Part shown: positions 39,857 through 50,792 of the stretch, in pieces
Layout of the letters: each line of letters starts with the position of its first letter
How positions within the stretch are numbered: position 1 is the stretch's first letter
DNA from: Barthelona sp. PAP020
Taxonomy: Eukaryota
NCBI GenBank assembly: GCA_040182905.1
Contig: JARQWU010000020.1
Span: 1 to 64,000, forward strand
Direction of reading: 5' to 3'
Length of the DNA: 64,000 nucleotides
Notes under the pieces: model-generated
Seen by the model: only the letters and a program-made list of their open reading frames with translations
What the model was told of the DNA's origin: nothing
The model's database searches: none
Translations under genes and position numbers: made by a program

Positions 39857-42664
39857 ATGCTTGACAGAGACAAAATCAGTGAACTCATTATAGATTATGA
39901 AAGAAATACCAATAATGACGAAAGTTTGACCAACGATGAAGCTTCGTATAACTTTGTCAATCTAATGGAAGTTACCAAAGAAACCATTGAAGAATTGTTT
40001 GAAATGAGATGGAATAATGATAATAAGCTTTCAGATATGGAGATTTATTTACAGCATGAATTTGACAACCGTAACCTTTTTAAGAAATTGCATTTTGACA
40101 ACAATTTTATCAACTGTTGGGTTTTAAGCCGATCATGTGAACCTTCAAACAATCAAAATAATCAAAATACAAAATATTTTGTGGATATTGATTCCTATCC
40201 CGATAGGAATACTCTGTCACCTTTCAGCATGTACCTTGTTCTTTGTAATTGTGAACTATATGTTGTTTATAGACAATCGATAGTGTTTATCCCAAAAGAA
40301 ATGACTTTTGATCATTTTGACCCATCATTCGAGCTGTTGATGAGCCATCCACAAATATTTAGAAATGTTTCAATTATTAAGATGAGCCATTCACTTTTTT
40401 TGCAAAACTACGAGAGAATCAGATGGAATACACTTGATTGTTTGATTGAGCTTGAAATAACACTGCCGGATAAAAACTTTGTGCCAAATATCGAAAGCTT
40501 CAGAGGGCTTTCATTTTCCAGGTTTGTTGGATGTCGTAGCCTAGAAAGGATTAAGCTACCATGTGATGTCAATGAAAATGAGGCTTTCAAGTTTATTCCA
40601 AACACAAAAGTGTGTATTTTGGAAATAGGCACAAACGAAGAATACAAAGAGAAGATTTATCAGCACCCAAATCTGAATGAATTCTGCGTCTTTCTGGAGT
40701 ATTTTTTCCCCGGAAAAGCAGGCAGAAACAACAATTGGACGATGAAAATTGATCTCGTGCCACTCGCATTTCTGTCAAAAAATACTAAGTATCTTGATAA
40801 ATTATTGTGGAACGTGCTATATGGCATTAAATACACAAACACATGCGATTTGAGGGACAAAACCAGCAAGTTGCATCTTGGGAGTATAAACGAAATTGTT
40901 GTGCCGGATATTTGGTCAACTGATTATAATTGTTCGTTTTTTCAGTACCTATGTAACAATCTGAAGATATACAACAGCACTCCCATTCATGTTCGTGATG
41001 AAACAAAGCTAAAAAAGAATTTTGGTTCAATAGTTCAAATGGACAGTAACTTCCCATTAAAAGAGGTTGAAATGGCTCAATTCGAAAGTGAGTATAATGC
41101 TTTAACCAAGAATTATGACCCAAGAAACATAAGTTTAGATTTTTTGCTGCTGATTCTTCAATTAGTCACATACATGTGCTCCTCTATTGGCAACTTTCAG
41201 GAGTGGTTTTCTGGTTGGATGTCATTGGTAATGATATTTTTTGCAATTGCCAATTTCACCTTTCTTGATCAATTCTTGAATAATATCTGGCCAAGATTTA
41301 AAGAGGCTTCGGTTGTTTTCATTTTGTTGTTTTTTGTTGCTTTGGTTTTGGTTTTTCTTCTTCCCCTTGAAACTTTAGTGCTGGATTGTATGTTCATAAA
41401 ATATTCGTTTTGGTTCCGTTTTGTGTATCCGCTGCTGTTTGGCATTGTTGTTATGGCATGCCTTTATCTCTTTTATTTGTTTCAAAACCCAACCTTCCAA
41501 ATATCAAATATCAATGATCCAAGCACATATTCGCTATTTATGATTTTGATACTGCTTCTGTTCAGCTTTTATATCTTCCTAAATGTGACGCTTGTAATCA
41601 AAACCAAGCTAAAGAATGGTGTTGGCCTTCCTTTTGTTGTACTTTTGAAGAAAATGTTTTATCGGGCACTTCAGTTCTTGTATTTCCCCTTGATTAACAA
41701 GTATCTTGCATTGATCAGAGATTTGACAGCTGGGAATCTGGTGTTTTCTGTGCCTTTGTTTGTTGTTCTGATCATTTTTGTCGTAGCTATGTTGTGTCTG
41801 AATATCTACTGCACATATGAAGGTAAATCTATCATCGAAAACCTGATCTTCTCAGACCCTGGTAGTACATACATCACTGATAACGCCCTTCAAAGCGTTA
41901 ATTTTCCAGAAAACTCATTGGTTGAGCAAAATGACAGTGAAGTTCAAACTCCTGAAGTGAGTGTCGTTGACACAGTGACAACTTTTGAAAATGTGACAAA
42001 AATGCAGATCTTCAAGGCAATATACGAGGAAAATAAAAAATTCTTCGAGGGGTTCTTCACCAAAAGGAGGGAGTATTTGGCTGATTTTTGGAAAGAAACA
42101 AAAGATTTCCTGACCAAAAAGGCAAAGGACGATAGGGAATACATGAATGACACAAAAAGTTGGAAGAATGCATGTAATTCAACAAGTAAATCATCAGAGT
42201 ATTTGTACAACGACAATCGCAAATGTGCTAGTTATTTTTCAATATTTCTAAATGTGAAGAAGATTTCATTCATTTTCATTTCCAATCTGGTTCTGTGGAA
42301 TAAACTTTTCCAAAAAATGCTAAATGCCTCCATATTTTTGTTTTTCGTCTTTATTGGATTTTTGAAACCCTATTTGAGAGATGCCTCCAATAATTTATTC
42401 ATTACTCTGGAATTTTTTTGTTTTCTCTTGATGCTATTGACAATTTTTGCAGATTATATTGACAACTTTTCAAACCTGTGGGTTTGTGTGATTGCTTTTG
42501 TTTGTTTTGTCAGTGGATTTCTTTTCCTCGGCGAAGACAAACCATCAGATGCATCCACTCAGGAAAATGAATTATCTTCGACAGAAGATGCTGAAAACAG
42601 TTCCAGCACCGCAAATACACAACTAATTGCGACAAAACAAGTTGAAGTGCAAAGTTATTCATGA
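39857..42664 (+). CDS. Polytopic membrane protein: soluble N-terminal domain + about 10-11 TM, TRP-like/PKD2-like protist C-terminus
   Basis: Many hydrophobic helices; YLYND..YFSIFLNVKK and LKPYL....N.L motifs; one BspA-like LRR motif (FVGCRSLERIKLP). Confidence 0.7.
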   Translation: MLDRDKISELIIDYERNTNNDESLTNDEASYNFVNLMEVTKETIEELFEMRWNNDNKLSDMEIYLQHEFDNRNLFKKLHFDNNFINCWVLSRSCEPSNNQNNQNTKYFVDIDSYPDRNTLSPFSMYLVLCNCELYVVYRQSIVFIPKEMTFDHFDPSFELLMSHPQIFRNVSIIKMSHSLFLQNYERIRWNTLDCLIELEITLPDKNFVPNIESFRGLSFSRFVGCRSLERIKLPCDVNENEAFKFIPNTKVCILEIGTNEEYKEKIYQHPNLNEFCVFLEYFFPGKAGRNNNWTMKIDLVPLAFLSKNTKYLDKLLWNVLYGIKYTNTCDLRDKTSKLHLGSINEIVVPDIWSTDYNCSFFQYLCNNLKIYNSTPIHVRDETKLKKNFGSIVQMDSNFPLKEVEMAQFESEYNALTKNYDPRNISLDFLLLILQLVTYMCSSIGNFQEWFSGWMSLVMIFFAIANFTFLDQFLNNIWPRFKEASVVFILLFFVALVLVFLLPLETLVLDCMFIKYSFWFRFVYPLLFGIVVMACLYLFYLFQNPTFQISNINDPSTYSLFMILILLLFSFYIFLNVTLVIKTKLKNGVGLPFVVLLKKMFYRALQFLYFPLINKYLALIRDLTAGNLVFSVPLFVVLIIFVVAMLCLNIYCTYEGKSIIENLIFSDPGSTYITDNALQSVNFPENSLVEQNDSEVQTPEVSVVDTVTTFENVTKMQIFKAIYEENKKFFEGFFTKRREYLADFWKETKDFLTKKAKDDREYMNDTKSWKNACNSTSKSSEYLYNDNRKCASYFSIFLNVKKISFIFISNLVLWNKLFQKMLNASIFLFFVFIGFLKPYLRDASNNLFITLEFFCFLLMLLTIFADYIDNFSNLWVCVIAFVCFVSGFLFLGEDKPSDASTQENELSSTEDAENSSSTANTQLIATKQVEVQSYS

Positions 42665-42953
42665 TGCGATTGAATGAGCATTCTCCCTTTTCCAATTTTC
42701 TCAAATCTCTCATCTGTCACGTCATTGATCATTTGGCACGATGAATTTTATGCTGTGCCACTCAAGCAAATCATTTTCATGCTGCTCCAATTTGAATAAA
42801 GAAAGTATTGTTGTTTATTGTTAAATGCAACAAATTGTTGCTATTGTCTACCGAACAAATATGAGCTTCCAGGAAAAAAAGGGAAGAAATTTACAAAAAA
42901 AGGCATTGAAACAGTTGGAAAAGGAAGTATTAATGCACATCGTGGGGTTTATT

Positions 42954-44576
42954 TTATTGGGTTTTTGAACAAAACTTTTTTAAAAGATCAACTATTTCAT
43001 CGTTATTTACTTCAATTGCTTTATCCATTGCACCAGTAATATCAACATTATCATCAGTTAACAATAGTTGTATTATTAAAATTTGTTCATGAGCAATTGC
43101 ATTTAATAGAGGAGTAGTTTTATCTTCAAATGGGTGACAATTAATATCAAAATATTCTTTGCATTTCTTATCATTCATCATGAATTCAATACAATTATCC
43201 GATTTAGCAGAGGCTATGTGAAAACATTTTTCAGTGATTAATTGCAATTTTGCTGATGATAATTTTTTTTTCATTTTTTGTGCCAATCCGTAAATGACAT
43301 CAAGAGAAATCTTCAGAAAATCAACATTGTCAGAAAGGACAATTTTCTCAAAAACAGCTTGGAAAAGAATATTTGTCTTCAATTTATTGTTTTCAATGAA
43401 AAATTGCAAAATTTTTTCAAAAATTTCAAAACTTTTGTGTAAAATACAAAATTTAAGAACATTGGCATTTAAAACAATATTAAAATGATCAACAATTGCT
43501 TTAAATACAAGATAACTATCAATTCTTAAAGAATAAGTCAAAGAATTCTTGGCATTATCACAAACTTCCCAATCATCATCTTTGGCACCAAAAGATAACA
43601 ATTTTTCAGTCATTTCGATGTCTGGAATTGAAGAAGCAATCATCAAAGCAGTTTCTCCTTTATGATTCTTAACATTGATGTCCAATTCAACGTTTGACAG
43701 CAAAATATCCAGAATTTTGGCATTACCATGAATAATAGCAGAATGTAATGGAGTTTGTTTTTGGTTTTTTGATGAACACAAAGAAACACCACAACTCATA
43801 AAATACTCCAAATATTTAGTACATTCCATTGTGCAAGCTAATTCAACAAAATTTGGAAGGTTTTCATAAAAGTTAACCAGGGTTAAAAACAAGTCCCAAC
43901 AATCATATCTCATACAATATGTTAATGGATTCATGTCAGCAGAAGACATCAAATCTAAGCCAGATATCGTTAACAATTGTTCAATAATATCAAATCTTTT
44001 GTTACGAATACATATCATCAAACTTGATTCACCAAAACTGTTTAAAGCATTTAAATCTGCCTTAGAATCAATTAAACATTTTATTATTTCAACAGATGTA
44101 TCATTAAAGTTACAAGCTAACATTAAAGGAGTATATTCATAATGATATCGTTTATTAACATTGGAAACCAATGAAATCAAATCTTTCAATGTCTCAAGAT
44201 TGTTATGACGTATTGAAAAAATGAAATAATCTTCACCATTAATATTTTGAGATAAATCTGTGTGATAAATTAAGTTTTTAAATTGTTCCATATTGTGATC
44301 CTTAATAGCATGGGCTAAGAGTGTCAAACCTTCACTATCAATGGAATTATAAAAATCTTCATTGAAAATTAAAGCTTCCATCAATGCTTCAACCATCAGG
44401 TTTCTCCTCAACTTATTTCTATCAATTTTTCTTCCAGTATAGGGACAACCATTATCAGTATTGGACAACCAATCCATTAGGGGTTCTTTTGAAAATGTGT
44501 GTCCATATTCTGTGGTGATAGGAGATTCATAAAATGAAAAGGTGATAGAATCTTCAAATTGTTCTCGTAAATTCAT
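42954..44576 (-). CDS. U-box + ankyrin-repeat E3 ubiquitin ligase
   Basis: DSITFSFYESPITTEYGHTFSKEPLMDWL..CPYTG..LRRN; ankyrin TPLMLA, TPLHSA, ETALMIA. Confidence 0.9.
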   Translation of the reverse strand: MNLREQFEDSITFSFYESPITTEYGHTFSKEPLMDWLSNTDNGCPYTGRKIDRNKLRRNLMVEALMEALIFNEDFYNSIDSEGLTLLAHAIKDHNMEQFKNLIYHTDLSQNINGEDYFIFSIRHNNLETLKDLISLVSNVNKRYHYEYTPLMLACNFNDTSVEIIKCLIDSKADLNALNSFGESSLMICIRNKRFDIIEQLLTISGLDLMSSADMNPLTYCMRYDCWDLFLTLVNFYENLPNFVELACTMECTKYLEYFMSCGVSLCSSKNQKQTPLHSAIIHGNAKILDILLSNVELDINVKNHKGETALMIASSIPDIEMTEKLLSFGAKDDDWEVCDNAKNSLTYSLRIDSYLVFKAIVDHFNIVLNANVLKFCILHKSFEIFEKILQFFIENNKLKTNILFQAVFEKIVLSDNVDFLKISLDVIYGLAQKMKKKLSSAKLQLITEKCFHIASAKSDNCIEFMMNDKKCKEYFDINCHPFEDKTTPLLNAIAHEQILIIQLLLTDDNVDITGAMDKAIEVNNDEIVDLLKKFCSKTQ

Positions 44577-44896
44577 TTCTTTTCAATTTCTATTGAAAAA
44601 TAATTAAAAATTTAAAAAATGGAAGGGTAAAAAGGTCAATAAAATGAAAATAAATGAACAAAAATTTTTGCTTTTCAAATGAATAAGCAGTTGAATTGTT
44701 CAAAAAACGGGTAAAAAAAAAAACAACACATAAAATACAAACATTTATAAACACAAAAAAACACTTTTGTTTGAAAAAAGAAAAAAAAAAAGGGAAAAAA
44801 AAAAAATGTCAAAGTCAAAAAGTCAAAAAAAAAAAAAAAGAATAACAAATTATAAATGATCTTTTTAATATAAAAATAATGATCTAAATGTTTTTT

Positions 44897-46399
44897 TTAT
44901 TGAGCTGCGCTACAAAAATCAATGAACAATTCAAAGGCTTCTCCTTTGTTTTTCATATCTAAAATTGTTGAAAAAGTCGAGTATATCATAATAATTGAAC
45001 TTAAAATAACAACAATTGCCATACCTATGGTTGCATAACTTGTGTGTCCACTTTTATCAATCATTTTTTGTAAAATAATTTTGCCGACAAAAAAAGAAAT
45101 CATTCCAAAGCAAACAAAGAAAATAACACTGTCTCCTTCTAGACTATCATGCAAAAAATATTGCGCTGTTGAAGAAGAAGAAGTGAATACAATCATCATG
45201 GATGAAGTTGCTGCGGTTGTTTCAGCTCCAAATCCAAGAGATAATAACACAGGTGCCTTTACTAATCCACCACCTATTCCCAAGAGTGCTGCCAAGATAC
45301 CAGCTACAAATCCACCAACAATAAGTGTAATTGGGTTGATCTCAAGTTTATCACTAACATTCTTGGGATAAAATATGTACAAAGCGATAATGACAACAAC
45401 TAATTGAATTAAGAAAAACATCCACCATGTTGATGTGCAGCTTTCAAAATTTTCTTGAAAAAAAGAAACACCAAACATTATGATGGTAAATACGGTAAAA
45501 CCCAGTATTTTAAAGGAAGGAATTGTTTCCTTTTTGTCATTTTCAGTGTCATTTTCATTTTCTTCTGTTGTTTCAGAATTATTAACAGTTTTCTTTGTTA
45601 ATTTCGATGATTTACTTGATAAATCATTCTTTTCTTTTGTGACTAATAATTTTTCATCCTTATCTTCATCATCATCGTCATCATCAATTTCAATTTCAAT
45701 TTCGGATGTGCATGAATCAGAAGTTTTTGTGTTAATAGTTTTCTCTTCTGAATCTTTATAATTTTCATCGACGCTGCCATGACTTTTATCATGGTTGAAG
45801 CTGTTATCACTTTCATCATTGGAAGGATTGTACACGAAAACTTCAAGTTCATCAGTAAACAATTCATCTTTTTCATCATTCGTACTAACAGGCTCGGACA
45901 TTGTTTCTGAAGGATCAATTATGTGATTGTCTTCATATTCAGACGTGTGATCTTCTTCTTCTTCTTTAGAAACTTTTAACATTTTTAACTCTTTATTATA
46001 AAGCTTCAATCCTTTCTTTAATGTCTTATGTCCTACCAAAACTAATAAAGGACACAACAAAAGTTGTAAAAACCAACTTTTAAACAATCTATTTAATAAA
46101 ACACCGACAATAACTCCCGCTACAGTTGATGGTTCCATAATAAAAACAACCATCCATCGAATAACCAACTTATGAGAATTGTTCTTTGAAAATTTTTTTA
46201 AATTTAATAAGAATACAACAATCGTACCACCACAAATAATCGCTTTTGAAACTGGTATCGCAGTATGAGCATTTAATCCGGTAAAAGATAAAATTGGAAC
46301 AAACAATGCGCCACCTCCAATTCCACAACCACTTGCAATTGATCCACCAATAAAACAGAAAATTAATCCAATGTATTGTGCAAGTGTGAACGATACCAT
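44897..46399 (-). CDS. TauE/SafE (TSUP) sulfite exporter family, eukaryotic type with long acidic loop
   Basis: GCGIGGGALFVP and LLGIGGGLVKAP..ATSSMMIVFTSS. Confidence 0.9.
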   Translation of the reverse strand: MVSFTLAQYIGLIFCFIGGSIASGCGIGGGALFVPILSFTGLNAHTAIPVSKAIICGGTIVVFLLNLKKFSKNNSHKLVIRWMVVFIMEPSTVAGVIVGVLLNRLFKSWFLQLLLCPLLVLVGHKTLKKGLKLYNKELKMLKVSKEEEEDHTSEYEDNHIIDPSETMSEPVSTNDEKDELFTDELEVFVYNPSNDESDNSFNHDKSHGSVDENYKDSEEKTINTKTSDSCTSEIEIEIDDDDDDEDKDEKLLVTKEKNDLSSKSSKLTKKTVNNSETTEENENDTENDKKETIPSFKILGFTVFTIIMFGVSFFQENFESCTSTWWMFFLIQLVVVIIALYIFYPKNVSDKLEINPITLIVGGFVAGILAALLGIGGGLVKAPVLLSLGFGAETTAATSSMMIVFTSSSSTAQYFLHDSLEGDSVIFFVCFGMISFFVGKIILQKMIDKSGHTSYATIGMAIVVILSSIIMIYSTFSTILDMKNKGEAFELFIDFCSAAQ

Positions 46400-47325
46400 A
46401 TTTTAATAAAATCTAGAAATGACTGGAGATTCTTCAAGAATTTCAGATTAACAGAGGAGAACTATTGAATAGAAAGCAATTTTTTTTTCAAATTTTGTGA
46501 TTAAATTGTGCGTTTGGAAAAGGTTAAAGGGATTGAAGGGAAATTCGAAAAATCAAACATTTTTGATAAACTGGAAAATTTTTCATCATTTTTTTTTTCT
46601 ATTTATGTTTTTTGAATGTCCACCTAGTTTTAGAGGAAAAATATTTGTGAATCATCAAAGAAAAATCCTTTTTTTTTACAACAAATTATTATTCATTTTT
46701 TGTAAACTGAGCAAAAAATGTCACTGAGTATTGTCTTAAACTTTTGGGAGATTTTCTGTGTCATTTTCAATTTGAAAATATTTTGCATAAATCTTTTCAC
46801 AACCAAAAACAACAAAAAAAAACTCATGAAGCCGTAAAAGATTTTCAAAAGATAAAATTACCCTGAAAACTACATGTTTGAACATGGTTGTCTTCTTTTT
46901 GGGAAGATTTCTTGGGTAAACTCGAACAGTTTTTTTTTTTTTTCCAAAAAAACTAATGGTTTCATAAGTAAAATCCTCAATTATGAAGCCATGAAGCCAT
47001 ATTTTCTTAATATATATTCATGTTTTCAGTTTTGACGAATGAATTTAGCTATGTGGTTATTTTTATAGTTTTTGAACACATATGTATATATATACATTTA
47101 CATACATTTGTATCACTCAATATACATTTTTTTTTTTTTTTTTTTTTTTCATTTTTTCATGAATTTCTGTTTTATGGATTATAATATTTTTAATATTTTT
47201 AATATATTCTTTTTGTTGCGTTAAATGAAAAGAAAGAACATTTAAAAAAGTTGTAAACTTGTTTTCAGGGTCTATAATTCTTATTCTCAAAACTAAACAA
47301 ACACTTTTCAATTGAATTTTTCATC

Positions 47326-47946
47326 ATGCCTGCAACTTTAAAAACATTTATCTTTGAAACAGAGTATTTAAGTGAAGAATTTACGGAAAAATTCTTGTGT
47401 AAAAAGCTTGATGCAACTGGGGAAAATTTATCTTTTTGTCGGGAGAAATTTGTTCATAATAATATTGAAGGAGAATATATACATAGATTGGTTAGTTTTA
47501 ATGACAGTATTCCCGTATTTTTGCGAATGTTTTCGAAAGCAGCAAGATGTGATGAATACATTATAGCATGTGAAACTTTTTGTCAATATTTTTTATTTTC
47601 ACGTACATTGAGTCAATCATTTGGATTATCAGTATATATTGATTTTACAGATTCCAAACAATTGATAAATCAAGAGAAAATTTCATATTTAGAGCTTGTT
47701 CGAAAACTTCAAGAAGATATTGAAGGTGAGCAATGGCTATTTTTTACAAAGAATTTTTTGGCAAATCCTTTTGACAGCAACAGATTTTTAACAGATAATT
47801 TAACTGAAGATTTTTCTGTTTATTGTAGTGACCCTAAATGTCGAGCGAAAATTGAGTTAAAAAGTTATTTCAATGTTTTTGGTTTTAAAAAAAGGGTTCA
47901 AAGATTCATTGTTAATGGATTATTTGAAGATTTATGCAGTTTATAA
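47326..47946 (+). CDS. Divergent phosphatidylinositol transfer protein (PITP/START-like fold)
   Basis: GEYIHRLVSFNDSIPVFLRMF resembles GQYTHKIYHL.SKVP.FVRM; FNVFGFKKRVQRFI resembles FKWWGLQ.KVENFI. Confidence 0.55.
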   Translation: MPATLKTFIFETEYLSEEFTEKFLCKKLDATGENLSFCREKFVHNNIEGEYIHRLVSFNDSIPVFLRMFSKAARCDEYIIACETFCQYFLFSRTLSQSFGLSVYIDFTDSKQLINQEKISYLELVRKLQEDIEGEQWLFFTKNFLANPFDSNRFLTDNLTEDFSVYCSDPKCRAKIELKSYFNVFGFKKRVQRFIVNGLFEDLCSL

Positions 47947-48023
47947 TGAGTCAGAAGAGGTTAAAGTAAATTCAAGAAGATCTATTTTTGTTAAAAAATT
48001 TGAAAAAAAAAAAAATTCCTTTT

Positions 48024-49046
48024 TTACAAAACTAAAACACCGTCCATTTGTATATCAGAATCTTCCACATCATTATCATCATCTATATCCTCTATTGTAT
48101 TTATGTTTATCAATCCTGAACTTGATAAAGTATTGTTTGAATTATAATTTTCAAAAGGTGCTCTTTTTAATTTGGTAATCATATTTTTACTGTGAATTAA
48201 GCGATTTCGAGTTCTTTCAGCATCATTTGTCAACGTTATTTTATCACTTTCTAACTTAACCTTATCACTTCTAAATATTTCAATATTTTGCTTTAAATTT
48301 ATGTTTTCTTTTTCTAATTTATTAATTTTTTCCATTCTAATGGAAGCCAACATATTTTCCTCATTATCAAAAGCGCTTTTCGACTTTAGTTTAATATTTT
48401 CAGCATTTAAAGCGGTAATTTCTTTGTCTTTTTCATTAATTAGGTTCTGATACTTTATTTCTTGCTGAACTAAAGAAATATTATGTTCTTCTTCCAATCT
48501 ATCAATTTTTTCTTCCAAAATATTTTGTTGTTCTTGCAAATTTATGCATGATTTACAATTGCTGGCCAAGCCCTTTTCCAATTGTTTTTCCTTTCGAAGT
48601 TTTTCCTTTTCACTTTGTCTTTCTTGTTGTTTATACTCCAATACACACCATAAACACAACATTGCATCATTATATTTTTTTCTTTGCTCAATACCACGAT
48701 CAAAAGCTCGAAGCTTTTTACATTCATCACATTCAACTGGTGATCCAAATTTTTTTTCATTATGAATACAATAACGACATTTTCTCCCATTCCATGCACA
48801 AGGATTTCCACAAATACAACAGTTATTTGGTTCAATTTTATATTTCTTTTTTTGTCTTCTGCAATGATGACAAGCATGTGGAATCTTATCAACATATCTT
48901 TCTAAACAATGATAATATAAACGACAATAATCACATTGCGTTCTTGGACATTTTTTCAAACATTCTCGACACAACGGTTCTTCTCCTGCTTCTTTGCATA
49001 TTTCAACCTCTCCACAATTATGGCAAAGGTTTCTTGATTCACTCAT
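48024..49046 (-). CDS. FAM76: FAM76-like Cys-rich + coiled-coil protein
   Basis: Serial CxxC pairs, EKKFGSPVECDECK..RAFDR....LCLWCVLEYK. Confidence 0.8.
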   Translation of the reverse strand: MSESRNLCHNCGEVEICKEAGEEPLCRECLKKCPRTQCDYCRLYYHCLERYVDKIPHACHHCRRQKKKYKIEPNNCCICGNPCAWNGRKCRYCIHNEKKFGSPVECDECKKLRAFDRGIEQRKKYNDAMLCLWCVLEYKQQERQSEKEKLRKEKQLEKGLASNCKSCINLQEQQNILEEKIDRLEEEHNISLVQQEIKYQNLINEKDKEITALNAENIKLKSKSAFDNEENMLASIRMEKINKLEKENINLKQNIEIFRSDKVKLESDKITLTNDAERTRNRLIHSKNMITKLKRAPFENYNSNNTLSSSGLININTIEDIDDDNDVEDSDIQMDGVLVL

Positions 49047-49221
49047 TAAAAAAACCAAAAAAAAAAGTAGAAGATTTGGGTTTGCTCTTTATTCTTTGAG
49101 TCATATTGTCGTTTGAAGAACCAGAATAAAATTCAATATCATGGTGAAAAAAGTGACGCTAAAAAGAACAAATTGGAGGAAGAACAAAATTGGATTAAAT
49201 TTAATTTTTTTTTTGGTATTG

Positions 49222-50623
49222 ATGTCATATAGAGAGCTAAGAGGTATTTTTTTGTGAAAGATAATTCTAATAATAAGATTTTTGTGAGATATTACGTTGT
49301 TTAAGGTATTCTAAAAATGTTACTCCTGAAGATTTTCGAGTTTCAAATTTTAAATTAGTAGCTGATATTTTGACTTTTTTGGTGGAATTATATGAACCTA
49401 CCATTAATCCTCGAAGAGGGTTAGATTATGAAGATGACAGAGTTTTTTTTATTAAATATGTCACTGAACAATTACATTCGAAATTAAATATTAGATTGAA
49501 TGGACGAAAATTGTATGAAGCAAAAAATGGTTCCGTGCATGAATTATTGAAAATTGGAAAAATATTGTATAAAGCACATCATGTCACCAGTAAAAATTAT
49601 CAAAAAACCGAAAAGAATTATTTATTAAAAACTGAAAAAACCAATAGTGGTGAAACTCGAGAAATTAGACTTACTTCTGATCATGCTTTGAAAAAAGTTC
49701 AAAGTCATGTTGGTACATTGAGAAATACCAGAGCAGTAGCTTCGGAATTAAGTTCATTAGGGGTCAATTTGTTTGATAAAATGGAAGATGAAGCAGAATT
49801 GAAAGAAATTCGTACTAAAGCTTTAAATACTGACTTAAATTTGGAAAGAATTGGTACAATTATTTCAAATACTTTGGAAAATATGCGAAAAAGATTAAAT
49901 GACTTGAAAAATTCAAAAACTGATTTGAATCAAGATTTAAATACCCTGGAAAAGAAATTAGAGAAAAAAGAAGCAGAATTACAACGTAATGAAAAGCGTT
50001 TAGCTTACTTAGAAACTGTTCGTCCTGCTTTTATGGATGAATACGAAGTTATGGAGACAAAGATCGCTGAATTACACAGAGATTATGTTGTTTTACATCA
50101 AAATGTTGAATATTTGGAACATCAATACAGAGAAATTGTTAAGCCTAAACAAGCCAAAAGACCACCAGTTCAATCAGCTAATCGTCAATATCAATTCCAA
50201 AATACAAGCAAAGAAAGTGGTTGGGCGGCACCTACACAAGGTCCGATCACCCAATTGGTTGATAGCGAAGATTTAGGATTAGATATGCAAAAAGTTTCTA
50301 ACCAACCCAAAGTCAAGGGTAGTTTAGAAGATAATGATGAAGATGATGAATCAGGTTCTGATGTCAGTTCCCAAGGTGAATCTGATGGTGAATCTGATGA
50401 TGAACGTGTACATTCTGATCGTCCTTCAGATGAAGAAGATGAAATTGATTATAGGGACGATGTTGAGGTGGATAACAATTACAATAGAGATGAAGAAGAA
50501 TATTATAATGATGATCTTGAGGAAGAAATGTCTTTCTTAAGTGGTAATGAGATGGATGATATTTCTGATAATGATTTGAATTCATTGGATTCTGATGTTG
50601 ACTATTCTGATCATTCTATTTGA
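49222..50623 (+). CDS. CLUAP1: Clusterin-associated protein 1 / IFT38 (exons 49222-49243, 49278-50623)
   Basis: Spliced N-terminus MSYRELRDFCEILRCLRY..FRVSNFKLVADIL; VRPAFMDEYE; acidic tail. Confidence 0.93.
49244..49277 (+). other. 34-nt spliceosomal intron
   Basis: GTATTTTTTTGTGAAAGATAATTCTAATAATAAG; removal gives the conserved CLUAP1 N-terminus in frame. Confidence 0.92.
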
Positions 50624-50792
50624 TAAATTGGATCGTTTTTATCGAAAACTTTAAAAATCGCTTGCTTTTTGAAGTTAATTCTGTAGTGTACTCATAAATT
50701 TTTCAAAGGATTTTTTTATTTGGATGTTTTTTTAATAATCAATAAATGTTAAGAATTTTTTGTCAATCCACTGCATTTTTTTTTGTTGTGTT

